Assembly: GCA_963775955.1 (NCBI GenBank)
Contig: CAVZKT010000002.1
Span: forward strand, 292,944 to 356,943
Length of the DNA: 64,000 nt
DNA from: Candidatus Moraniibacteriota bacterium
GTDB taxonomy: Bacteria; Patescibacteriota; Minisyncoccia; Moranbacterales; UBA2206
Reading direction: 5' to 3'
In this document: positions 27,788 to 36,621 of the stretch, piece after piece
Layout of the letters: each line of letters opens with the position of its first letter
How positions within the stretch are numbered: the stretch's first letter is position 1
Notes under the pieces: generated by a model
Seen by the model: the letters and a program-made list of their open reading frames with translations, nothing else
What the model was told of the DNA's origin: nothing
Databases searched by the model: none
Program-made: the position numbers and the translations under genes

Positions 27788-27993
27788 TGGGGAGTAGCCA
27801 AGCGGCCCCGCACCAAAGCGAAGTTTGGTGTGGGGTAAATAAGGCACGAGGTGGCGCCTGTCCCGCCTAAAGTTCCGAGATCGTCTAACGGTAGGACGGC
27901 AGGTTCTGGTCCTGCTAATCTTGGTTCGAATCCAAGTCTCGGAACTTTATGCGGGAGTCCATGCATGCGGGGGTTCGAATCCCTCCTCCCCAA
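27788..27993 (+). ncRNA. split tRNA-Gln-like gene (outer) hosting tRNA-Gln(CUG)
   Basis: 5' TGGGGAG-TA-GCC-AAGCGG and 3' GGGGG-TTCGAAT-CCCTC-CTCCCCA-A; acceptor 7/7 with U1-A72; 12-bp hairpin CCCCGCACCAAA/TTTGGTGTGGGG in the D-loop; no canonical anticodon arm found. Confidence 0.5.
27874..27944 (+). tRNA. tRNA-Gln (anticodon CUG)
   Basis: Manual cloverleaf: TCCGAGA/TCTCGGA acceptor (U1-A72), D-arm GTCT..GGAC, anticodon arm GCAGG-TTCTGGT-CCTGC, T-arm CTTGG-TTCGAAT-CCAAG. Confidence 0.85.
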
Positions 27994-27994
27994 C

Positions 27995-28726
27995 ATGGAA
28001 AAAATAACTTACCCCATCCGCATTAATCGCTATTTGGCGATGAATAATTATTGCAGCCGCCGGGAAGCGGATGATTTGATTATGAAAAAAATTGTTAAAA
28101 TAAATGGCAAGATTGCAAAACTCGGCGAGAAAGTCAATGAGGGCGACAAGGTGGATGTGGATACCGAGACGAAAAATAAACTGAAAAAATATTTATATTT
28201 CGCTTACAACAAGCCGATCGGTATTGTAACGCATACGCCGGAAGCGGGGCAGACGGAAATTAAAAAAATCGCCGGGCTTCCCGAGGATGTTTTTCCGGTC
28301 GGGCGCTTGGACAAAAAATCCCATGGCTTGATTATTCTGACGAATGACGGGAGAATAACCGACAAACTTTTGAATCCCGCTTTTGAACATGAAAAAGAAT
28401 ATATCGTAAAAGCCAACAAGCTGGTCACCAATATTTTTTTGAAAATTGCTGGTGGCGGAATACAGCTTGAAGATTTTAAAACCAAACCTTGCCAAATTAA
28501 AAAAACCAGTGAAAAAACTTTCCGGATAATTCTGACTGAAGGCAAAAAACACCAAATCCGGCGCATGTGCACGAATTTCGGTTTTGAAGCGGTAGATCTG
28601 AAAAGGACGCGGATTATGAATGTGGAGTTGGGCTCACTGCCGGCCGGGCAAAAAAGAGAAATGAAGGGGGAGGAATTGAAAGATTTTTTAAATAATTTGG
28701 GAATTAAACATGGCGCTGACCGATGA
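27995..28726 (+). CDS. pseudouridine synthase, RsuA/RluB family
   Basis: S4 domain (RINRYLA...) plus catalytic GRLDKKSHGLIILTNDG; ATG at 27995, 1 nt after the outer tRNA-like 3' end. Confidence 0.85.
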   Translation: MEKITYPIRINRYLAMNNYCSRREADDLIMKKIVKINGKIAKLGEKVNEGDKVDVDTETKNKLKKYLYFAYNKPIGIVTHTPEAGQTEIKKIAGLPEDVFPVGRLDKKSHGLIILTNDGRITDKLLNPAFEHEKEYIVKANKLVTNIFLKIAGGGIQLEDFKTKPCQIKKTSEKTFRIILTEGKKHQIRRMCTNFGFEAVDLKRTRIMNVELGSLPAGQKREMKGEELKDFLNNLGIKHGADR

Positions 28727-29666
28727 AGTAAAAATTAAAATCCACGCGGGGAAAGGCGGCGATGGCGTCGTGGCTTTTGATAAAATCATGATGAGTCTCG
28801 GACCGACCGGGGGCCGCGGCGGAAACGGCGGAAACGTTTATTTTGAAGGCGTCTCCGATTTAACCGCGCTCAATAAATACAAACACAAAAAGGATTACTA
28901 TGCCGGCGACGGCAAAAATGGAAAAAAAGACAAATCCTCCGGGCATGCCGGCAGGGATTTGCTGCTCACGATCCCGATCGGTTCCGTGCTGCATAATCTG
29001 GATACCGGAAAAGATATTGATATTACCAAAGTCGGACAAAAAGTTATGGTAGGGGAAGGTGGAATCGGCGGCCGGGGCAATTTTTATTTCCGCTCGGCCA
29101 AAAATACCAGTCCGGAAGAATATGAAGAGGGCAAGCTGGGAGAAGAATTCGCGTTTTTTTTGGAATTGCGCCTGATCGCAGACATCGGCCTCATCGGGCT
29201 GCCCAACGCGGGAAAGTCAAGCCTTTTGAATGAACTGACTAATGCCAACGCGAAAGTGGCTAATTATTCTTTCACGACTTTGGAACCCAATCTGGGGGTA
29301 ATGGATAATTTGATTATCGCGGATATTCCCGGGCTGATTGAAGGGGCATCGCGAGGCAAAGGATTGGGCATAAAATTTTTGAAGCATATTCAGCGGACAA
29401 GTGTTTTAGTGCATTGTCTTTCCTGTGAATCAGAGAATCTTGAAAAGGATTATGAAATTATCCGCCGGGAATTGGGAAATTACAATCCGGAACTTTCCGC
29501 CAAAAAGGAAATTTTACTGCTCACAAAAAGTGATCTTCTGAATCAGGATTTGATTAAAGAGAAACTCAAAGAATTGAAAAAAATAAACAGAGACGCGCTG
29601 GCTGTTTCCGTGCATGACTGGGAAAGGCTGGAAGTTTTTAAAGAGGCCATAAGAAAGGCTCTCTAG
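28710..29666 (+). CDS. obg: GTPase Obg
   Basis: Obg fold GKGGDGVVAF, GGRGGNGG; G motifs GLPNAGKSS, DIPGLIEGA, TKSD. Confidence 0.9.
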   Translation: MALTDEVKIKIHAGKGGDGVVAFDKIMMSLGPTGGRGGNGGNVYFEGVSDLTALNKYKHKKDYYAGDGKNGKKDKSSGHAGRDLLLTIPIGSVLHNLDTGKDIDITKVGQKVMVGEGGIGGRGNFYFRSAKNTSPEEYEEGKLGEEFAFFLELRLIADIGLIGLPNAGKSSLLNELTNANAKVANYSFTTLEPNLGVMDNLIIADIPGLIEGASRGKGLGIKFLKHIQRTSVLVHCLSCESENLEKDYEIIRRELGNYNPELSAKKEILLLTKSDLLNQDLIKEKLKELKKINRDALAVSVHDWERLEVFKEAIRKAL

Positions 29667-29718
29667 AGGTCATTTTTGAAATATGTTATAATAGAGACAA
29701 TATAATAATTTTGTAAAA

Positions 29719-29801
29719 CACCCCTGTTAAATATTTCGAAACGGAATTTCACCCCTGTTAAATAGGTTCCACTCCGTGGAAATTTAACGGGGTTAACGGG
29801 G
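29719..29801 (+). repeat. compound GTTAAAT-class hairpin element (two left ends, two right ends)
   Basis: CACCCCTGTTAAATA at 29719 and 29750; ATTTAACGGGG at 29782-29792 and TTAACGGGG at 29793-29801; ends 9 nt before the ATG at 29811. Confidence 0.65.
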
Positions 29802-29810
29802 CAAGAAAAA

Positions 29811-30008
29811 ATGGAAAAAAATCTGGCACTGCCGCTCATTTTAGCTGTGATCTGGACAATTCCCTGGAAGGGTGCGGCGCTTTGGAAAGCGGCCCGCAGG
29901 GGACAAAAAGTGTGGTTTATATTAATGCTCGTTTTAAATACGCTGGCAATTTTGGAAATACTTTACATTTTTATTTTCTCAAAAAGAGACGACGGACAAC
30001 GGGGATAA
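29811..30008 (+). CDS. small two-TM membrane protein (DUF5652-like)
   Basis: 65 aa; WKGAALWKAARRGQKVWFILMLVLNTLAILEILYIF. Confidence 0.6.
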   Translation: MEKNLALPLILAVIWTIPWKGAALWKAARRGQKVWFILMLVLNTLAILEILYIFIFSKRDDGQRG

Positions 30009-30023
30009 TTTCTAGAGAAAAAT

Positions 30024-30731
30024 ATGTATTGGTTTTATTTGATTATTTTTATCCTGGCAGTTCTAGTTCCGGATGTAGTCCGCACGAATTTGTATTTTTT
30101 GACGGAAACCCGCCTGGAAGAACTCTTGATTTTTCTGCTTGGAATGGCCGGCTTTTTAATTTTTATTTTTAAAGAACACCAGCTTTTTATCCAAAAAGAA
30201 GAAAAGGTAAAAAGCCAAAAACGGCTCAGGCAAACAGCCAAAGACTTGGTTGATTCGTACAGTTATATCGGGGAAGTCAATCGCAAGATGGATATCCTGA
30301 TGCAGGTCGGACTGGGACTTTCCGACCGGTCGGCCATTAATAAAAATAAAGAAAAAGAAATTTACCATACGATTATTGACGCGGCCAATTCGCTGATGAG
30401 GGCAAAATTTTCCCATTTACGGTTCGTGGATATGAAAAGCCGGCGAACGAGAAAAGAAATAATCACCGGCGATGGTTGCAATAAAATAAAAAATTCGGAA
30501 CTCGCAGAAATGGGGGATAATGTCAATATAAGAAAGAAAAATGGCTATCTGGTGGCCGCTTCATTTAAGCAGATTGATAATGTTAAGGGATATCTTATTG
30601 TTGAAGAATACAATGAACTGGAAGCGGAAAACGTCAATAATCAGGAAATTTTGAAATTTTTGGCCACCCAAGCTCTTTTTCTCTTTATTTATATTTCCAG
30701 GGGTGAACAGGCAAGTTTACCGAATAAATAA
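30024..30731 (+). CDS. membrane-anchored hypothetical protein
   Basis: 235-aa ORF; two N-terminal TM helices then a soluble domain. Confidence 0.5.
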   Translation: MYWFYLIIFILAVLVPDVVRTNLYFLTETRLEELLIFLLGMAGFLIFIFKEHQLFIQKEEKVKSQKRLRQTAKDLVDSYSYIGEVNRKMDILMQVGLGLSDRSAINKNKEKEIYHTIIDAANSLMRAKFSHLRFVDMKSRRTRKEIITGDGCNKIKNSELAEMGDNVNIRKKNGYLVAASFKQIDNVKGYLIVEEYNELEAENVNNQEILKFLATQALFLFIYISRGEQASLPNK

Positions 30732-30749
30732 ATATCTTCGGCGGTATTT

Positions 30750-31565
30750 TTATTTTATCACCTCAAATCCCTTTTGCGTCCAGGCATTGAAGCCGTCGGA
30801 AAGGGCGTAGACATTCAGAACGTTCATATCAAAAAGTCTCACCGCTCCTTGAAAAGCCCAAAGTCCGTCCGTATCGTAAATTATAATTTTTTTGCCCAGC
30901 GGAATTTCCCGCCTTCTTTTTTCCAGATCATCAAGAAAAATATTAACCGCGCTTTTCAGATGTCCTTGGGCGTAAGCGTCGCTTTTACGGACATCAATAA
31001 TATATAAATTATTTTCGGTCTGTGTCATTTCTTTCAGCTGGTCGCTCGCAAGATAATTAACCTTAGATTGATCAGTGAATGAATTAGGATCGCCGGCAGA
31101 AATTGTCGGGCTGAGCTTGTTTTTCCAACTCAAAAAACCGCCGGTTAAATAATAGACATTTTTAAATTCTTTCTGCGCCAAATTGGTGGCCAGAATTGCG
31201 CTGATGTTTTCATTGCCGTCGTCAACAATCACATAATTCTTATTTTTATCTAAGCCCTCAAGATTGGCCAAAAAATTATCCGCCGGAATATTTTGGGAAT
31301 CAAGAATGTGTTCTTTTTGGAATTCGTCGCTGCTTCTGACATCGATTATATTTACAGGCTCTTTGGCTTGGATTTTTTTGAACAGATCTTCGCTGGAAAT
31401 TTGTTTGGCAGAAGATGAATCTGATTGTAATTGAGAAGAATTATTTTGCTGGTTATTCGCCGTATTGGAAAAAGGCTTAAATATGGTAAATACTGCAATT
31501 AAAATTATCAGCCCAAAACCGACAATCAGGGCGATGGCGTTTTGTTTGTTTTCTTGTTGCCGCAT
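30750..31565 (-). CDS. tandem rhodanese-domain protein, membrane anchored
   Basis: Two rhodanese-like repeats (IIDVRSSDEFQKEHI..; IIDVRKSDAYAQGHL..). Confidence 0.75.
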   Translation of the reverse strand: MRQQENKQNAIALIVGFGLIILIAVFTIFKPFSNTANNQQNNSSQLQSDSSSAKQISSEDLFKKIQAKEPVNIIDVRSSDEFQKEHILDSQNIPADNFLANLEGLDKNKNYVIVDDGNENISAILATNLAQKEFKNVYYLTGGFLSWKNKLSPTISAGDPNSFTDQSKVNYLASDQLKEMTQTENNLYIIDVRKSDAYAQGHLKSAVNIFLDDLEKRRREIPLGKKIIIYDTDGLWAFQGAVRLFDMNVLNVYALSDGFNAWTQKGFEVIK

Positions 31566-31586
31566 AAATTTTTTTCAAATTCTATT

Positions 31587-32573
31587 TTAAAACGATCCGA
31601 TAAAGTCAGGGTGGCCATTAAGAAAGGCTGCAATTTTTGTTTCTGGTTTGCCCTCCAACTGGACTGTCTCCAGTATAACAAAACCGCGAGAAGTTGCCAC
31701 GCCGATTTTTTCTCCGATTCTAATAACTTCTCCTTTTGTAGCCTTATTTTTTTCTTTAGGCACACCCGCCTGCAATGCCTCGCGTAGCGATGCGGGCAGG
31801 CTTATTTTATTAAGTTTAATTCGGATTGATTTTCCACTGCGCTCCCAAGCGGAAAAAATGCCCGGCCAGGGATAAAGAGCGCGAAAACGGTTGTAAATAT
31901 TAAGCGCGGAATCATTCCAATCAATTTTTCCGTCTTCCCTGTTTATTATTTGGCAGAAACTGGCCTTAAATCCGCTCTGTTTTTGCGGTGTGATTTTTTT
32001 TTCAACCCAAAGCGGAATTGTTTTCAGAAGCAAATCGGCCGAAATTTCTGCCAATCTTTCAGATAATTCAAAACCTGTTTCATCTTTCCCGATTTGAACC
32101 GGGCGCTGGCTCAAAATATCGCCCGTATCAATTCCTTCATCCATCAACATGATAGTTGATCCTGTTTCCATTTCTCCGTTTAGAATGGCGTTTTGAATAG
32201 GGGAAGCGCCCCGGTATTTAGGAAGAAGCGAAGCGTGAACATTAATGGCGCCAAAGACGGGCAGCTTCAGAACAGCCTCGGGCAGAATTTTGCCGTAAGC
32301 GGCGACAACAATGATATCCGGTTTTTGTTTTTTTATTTCCGAAATAGCGGCAGAATCAAGACGGCTGGGCGTGAAAACAGCGATGCCATTTTTTTCAGCG
32401 CTAATTCTGACAGGACTTTTTTCACTTGCTTGTTTTCGTCCGACTTTTTTATCCGGCTGGGTATAGACGGAAATAATATTATATTTTTCGCTGATAAGCG
32501 CGGATAAAATTCTTTCGGCGAATTCCGGAGTTCCCATAAAAATCGTTTTCAATTTTGACGGATCATTTGCCAT
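31587..32573 (-). CDS. fmt: methionyl-tRNA formyltransferase
   Basis: FMGTPEFA, HASLLPKYRGASPIQ. Confidence 0.9.
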   Translation of the reverse strand: MANDPSKLKTIFMGTPEFAERILSALISEKYNIISVYTQPDKKVGRKQASEKSPVRISAEKNGIAVFTPSRLDSAAISEIKKQKPDIIVVAAYGKILPEAVLKLPVFGAINVHASLLPKYRGASPIQNAILNGEMETGSTIMLMDEGIDTGDILSQRPVQIGKDETGFELSERLAEISADLLLKTIPLWVEKKITPQKQSGFKASFCQIINREDGKIDWNDSALNIYNRFRALYPWPGIFSAWERSGKSIRIKLNKISLPASLREALQAGVPKEKNKATKGEVIRIGEKIGVATSRGFVILETVQLEGKPETKIAAFLNGHPDFIGSF

Positions 32574-33029
32574 TTTTTTTCAATCTTAGCTTTGCGCGAG
32601 GTGAAAAGAATGCCGTCCAGATGATCAATTTCGTGCTGCAGCACCCGGGAAAGCAATCCATCCGCTTTTATAATAATTTTATTTCCTTTGCGATCTTGCG
32701 CCTTGGCGGTTACTTTCGCGTGTCTTTTGACCGGAAAAAACAATCCCGGGAAAGAAAGACAGCCTTCTTCAAAGATGACTTTTTTCCAGGACTTCGATTT
32801 ATATTTCAGGGTTGATTAAAATGTATGTTTTGCCTTCGAATTTTATGACGCATAAGCGCAAAGACTTTCCTACCTGGTTGGCCGCCAGTCCCAGGCCTTT
32901 GTTAGCTTCCAAGATTTCCAGCATATTAAAAACAAGCTCCTTAATTTCCGGGCTTTTTATATCCTTAATTTTAGATGTTTTCTTTTCTAAAATAGGATTT
33001 GGGTATGTTATTATGGGCAAAATAGGCAT
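32549..33029 (-). pseudogene. def: peptide deformylase with one +1 frameshift (near 32795)
   Basis: ORF 32799..33029 (GLGLAANQVG..ILINPEI*) then EGCLSFPG and QHEIDHLDG in the next frame (ORF 32549..32743 and upstream). Confidence 0.85.
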
Positions 33030-34054
33030 AATTATAAAATTGTTATCGGATCCACATCAATAATCCAGCCGTTTGGCAAGGATTTCAATATTTCTTTAAA
33101 ATTTTCGGGGATATTCCCTGTTATTTTCAGAAGGATTTGCTTTCGGAAGCGGCCTCTTATTTTTGAAATAAAAGCATCCTGGGGTTCTGACAGCGTTATA
33201 TTTTTTATGGCAGTTTCCTTTAAGAGTTTGTAAATTCTTTTTGTTTCAATATCTGTTTTTTTAAGGTTGAAATTCTGAAAAATCAGTTTAATTAATTTTC
33301 CAAACGGCGGGAGGCAGAGGTTTTTTCTTTCTTCAATTTCTTTCGCGTAAAATTCTTCCAGATTTTTTTCCGCAACTAATTTGAAAAATTTTTGTTCCGG
33401 CGCAAAAGTTTGAATAAGAACAATCCCTGGAAATTTGGCGCCTGGGCGGCTCGTTCTTCCGGCAACCTGTAAAATTAGCTGAAAAGCCCGTTCGGCAGTT
33501 GAAAAGTCTGGCAAAGACAGCATATTGTCTCCATCTATAATACCAATGAGCGCCAAGCTTGGCAAATCCCAGCCTTTGGAAATCATCTGGGTGCCAATTA
33601 AAATATCAATCTCTTGATTCATAAATTTCCGGTATAAGTTTTCCTGCGCATCTTTGCCTTGCATGGACTGGCTGTCGGCGCGGGCAAGTTCTGGCTTCCG
33701 GAAACAAGCCGGCAATTTCTCTTTCAATTTTTTGAGTTCCAAGGCCGATATTTTGGAAACTAATGCCTTTGCAATTCGGGCACTGCGGAGTGATGGATGT
33801 TTTGTAGGTGCAATGAACGCAACGATAAATTCCGGAGTTTTCATAAACCAGCGCGCGGTCGCAGCGCGGGCATTTTAAAACTGTCTTGCAATCGGCGCAA
33901 ACGGAAAAAGCGCTCATTCCCTGGCGGTTTACGAATAAGATCGTCTGCAGTTTATTTTTGAGCGCGTAGGCGATTTCCGACTGCAGTTTTTTACTAATTG
34001 TGGAATAGTTTCTGAATCCAGCGTTCTTTTTTCATATCAACCAACTCAATAATA

Positions 34055-34088
34055 GAATTTGAAATTTGAAATTTGAAATTTGAAATTT
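34055..34088 (-). repeat. tandem heptanucleotide repeat (plus strand GAAATTT x4 plus a degenerate unit) in frame in priA
   Basis: gaattt gaaattt gaaattt gaaattt gaaattt; translated ..SNFKFQISNS.. Confidence 0.9.
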
Positions 34089-34605
34089 GTTTGGAGTTTG
34101 TTATTTGCTGATTTAATTCAGGTAATTTTAAAAGTTGATATTTATTTTTTTGGGCATTATAATAAGCATTCAATGCTTGGCGTGGCTGACCCGCGTATAA
34201 TTTTGGCCTTGTGGATTTCAGCCAGTTTTTCCGCCACTTTCCGCGCGTCATAACGCGGATTCATATCCCATTGTTTGAAAGAGGCATCCTGCTCTTCGTC
34301 AATAACTATCAGTTTAAGATTCTGAAAAGGCGCGAAAACAGCCATGCGGGTACCGATGATTATTTTTGCCTCGCCGGATTTTATCTTTCGCCAGTTTTCG
34401 CAAAGCTCGCCTTTGGATATTTTACTGTGGATTACTGCAATTTCTTCCGGCTTAAAATGCGCGCCGTATCTTTCAATTGCCTGCGGGGTCAATGTCAATT
34501 CTGGCAGAAGTATTAAAAACTGTGCGTCCTTGTTTTTTTCTTTCAGTTTTTTGATCGCGTGTATATAAACCTCAGTTTTGCCGGATCCGGAAGGACCATA
34601 AAGCA

Positions 34606-34640
34606 GAAATTTTGAATTTTGAATTTTGAATTTTAAATTT
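34606..34640 (-). repeat. tandem heptanucleotide repeat (plus strand GAATTTT x3 plus degenerate flanks) in frame in priA
   Basis: gaaatttt gaatttt gaatttt gaatttt aaattt; encodes LKFKIQNSKF immediately before the Walker A. Confidence 0.9.
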
Positions 34641-35169
34641 ATTTTTTTTGCAATTATATCAACTGCACTAGTTTGTTCTTTAGTTAGTTTGATATTTTTT
34701 GTGTTTTGTTTGTGAATATTTGTGTTTTGTATTTTGTGTTTTTGTTTAACTCTCTTTGGAAGAAAGGATTTTAGGACAACTCCAAGAGGGGAGAGATAGT
34801 AATCTGAAATAAATTGGGCGAGTTCCAGTTGCTTTTTGTCTAAAAAATTTTCTTCCAAAACTTTTTCTATTTTTTTAAGCTGGATATTTCCAAAACGGCG
34901 GAAATCATTTCTATTGTCCAGCACTATGCCCTCAACATTTCTTTTAAAAAGGGGAATGGAAACCAGTGTTCCCGGAGAAAGTTTTTGGTCATGCAAATAC
35001 GAAAACGACTGGCTTCCGGAAAGAGGAAGGCGGGTTATGGGGGCGACATTGATGATAATTTTTGAGAGAAATTTTCGCATGGCTTTAGTTTAACAAAGTT
35101 TTGCCATACATAACAGGGATTACTTTTCACCGCCTTGAAAATATGCCAAAAATGGGCTAATCTAGGGAT

Positions 35170-35712
35170 ATGAAACGCAAAATTTTTATCAGTATAAATT
35201 TAGCCGACAGGGACAAAAAAAGGCTTATCCGGGCCACCGAAAAATGGCAAGATTTGCCGGTAAAGTGGATTAAAGAGGCAAATCTGCATATTACCCTGGT
35301 TTTTTTGGGGCACGTTGCGGATGAAATTATGATTGAAATTTGCGAAAAAGTCCGCGGGGCGGTAGAAAATGTTGAAATTTTTGATTTGGAATTTGAGACG
35401 ATCGGGCTTGGCCCAGACGCGAAGAGTCCAAAAATAATCTGGCTTAGCGGCCGAGCCGATGAAAATTTAAGAAGTTTGCATGAAAAAATAGAAAAAGCCC
35501 TAGGAATGTATATTTCCAGCAAAAAGTCTTTTCGACCGCACATCACCTTGGGCAGGATTCGCGGGCGCAAGTGGGAAGCGCTCGCGCCAAAGCCGGAGAT
35601 TTTGGAGAATTATAATTTGATTGTTTCCGTTGAATCGGCGGACATTATGGCCAGTAAATTTGAAAATAAGGGGCAGGAATATACAATTATTGAGTCATGT
35701 CCGCTCAAATAA
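35170..35712 (+). CDS. thpR: 2H phosphoesterase / RNA 2',3'-cyclic phosphodiesterase (LigT/ThpR)
   Basis: Two HxTx motifs: HITLVFLG and HITLGR. Confidence 0.85.
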   Translation: MKRKIFISINLADRDKKRLIRATEKWQDLPVKWIKEANLHITLVFLGHVADEIMIEICEKVRGAVENVEIFDLEFETIGLGPDAKSPKIIWLSGRADENLRSLHEKIEKALGMYISSKKSFRPHITLGRIRGRKWEALAPKPEILENYNLIVSVESADIMASKFENKGQEYTIIESCPLK

Positions 35713-35762
35713 AATCAAGATAAAACCACTACCGTAATACTTATTACGGTAGCAGGCATAAC

Positions 35763-36479
35763 ATGAAAATTTTAGACGTCAGGGTTGATAATTTTGAAAA
35801 AAAAGAAATTCTTGAAAAAATAGAAAGTTTTTTGGCTAGCGATAAAATGTGCCAAATCGCGACCATAAACCCGGAGTTTATTTTGGAGGCGCAAAAAGAT
35901 GATGAGTTTAAAAATATTTTAAACAACTGTGATTTAAATATTGCAGACGGCGTTGGAATAAAGTTCGCTTTTTGGCGATATGGAAAGAATTTAAAATACC
36001 GGATAGCCGGCGCTGATTTGATGGAAGAAATTTTGAAAGGAGCGGGTAATAGGGGATTGGGGGTATATTTAGTAGCCGATAAAAACGGCCTAAGCGCTTG
36101 GGAAGAAACAGCGGAAGCAGTAAAGAAGAAATATCAAAACATAAAAATAGACGGCATTAACTTGGAAACTTTGTTTCCAATTGGAAACAAAGTTTCCAAG
36201 TTAGCAATTAATCACGAGATTGTTTTTTGTTCTCTCGGCGCGCCTTTTCAGGAGAAATTCCTGCATTCGCTAAAAAGTCAGGAAAATGGTAAAATAAGAC
36301 TGATCATGGGTGTGGGCGGAAGTTTTGATTATCTTACCGGAAAAATAAAAAGAGCGCCCCGATGGATGCGCCAACTCGGACTTGAATGGCTTTTTCGGCT
36401 TATTTTAGAGCCCAGATACAGGATAAAAAGAATTTTCAACGCCGTTGTGATTTTTCCAATAAAAATAATTTTGAGTTAA
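35763..36479 (+). CDS. WecB/TagA/CpsF-family glycosyltransferase (GT26)
   Basis: 238 aa; C-terminal APRWMRQLGLEWLFRL signature. Confidence 0.8.
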   Translation: MKILDVRVDNFEKKEILEKIESFLASDKMCQIATINPEFILEAQKDDEFKNILNNCDLNIADGVGIKFAFWRYGKNLKYRIAGADLMEEILKGAGNRGLGVYLVADKNGLSAWEETAEAVKKKYQNIKIDGINLETLFPIGNKVSKLAINHEIVFCSLGAPFQEKFLHSLKSQENGKIRLIMGVGGSFDYLTGKIKRAPRWMRQLGLEWLFRLILEPRYRIKRIFNAVVIFPIKIILS

Positions 36480-36486
36480 ACATATG

Positions 36487-36620
36487 CCCGGTAGTGAAAT
36501 TTCGACTGACTTTTCTAAAAAGTCCAAAAGCATAGCGTCATTTATTTTAGTAAATATTTAAATATTAATTAAATTTCTACGTATGTAAATTATTACAAAT
36601 GTCGAAATTCTACTACCGGG
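36487..36620 (+). mobile_element. 134-bp palindromic MITE-like element (CCCGGTAGTGAAATTTCGAC ... GTCGAAATTCTACTACCGGG) splitting a start codon
   Basis: 20-bp TIR (18/20); 4-bp direct repeat TATG at 36483-36486 and 36621-36624; ATG present on both sides. Confidence 0.7.
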
Positions 36621-36621
36621 T

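Larger units (their letters stand above)
33032..35080 (-). pseudogene. priA: primosomal protein N' (PriA) with three +1 frameshifts
   Basis: ORFs 34157..35080, 33994..34251, 33606..33917 and 33032..33844 in successive frames; LLYGPSGSGKTEVY, DEEQDASFKQ, Cys clusters CADC..CPRC / CVHC..CPNC, GTQMISKGWD. Confidence 0.85.

Noticed and set aside
27850-27867. Outer tRNA-like hairpins (GGTGG-N8-CCGCC; GGCGG-N7-CCGCC at about 23121-23137) as expanded anticodon loops of +1 frameshift-suppressor or amber-suppressor tRNAs, which would explain the +1 bias and the enolase TAG
   Set aside because: The loops (CGCCTGTC, CGCACTC) lack U33 and a purine at position 37, and contain no CUA anticodon. The shift sites share no common quadruplet. 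Some shifts are -1. The idea is attractive but the sequence does not support it.
27851-27994. N-terminal extension of the pseudouridine synthase ORF (track start 27851) and of the rubrerythrin ORF (track start 23334)
   Set aside because: The first extension reads straight through the tRNA-Gln and tRNA-like sequences. The second runs through an AATTTGTA repeat promoter region. Conserved domains begin at the internal ATGs 27995 and 23382.
35111-35118. Solo TAACAGGG resembling a right end of the palindromic family in the priA/thpR divergent region
   Set aside because: Only 8 nt match and there is no partner arm within 200 nt; chance occurrence is plausible.
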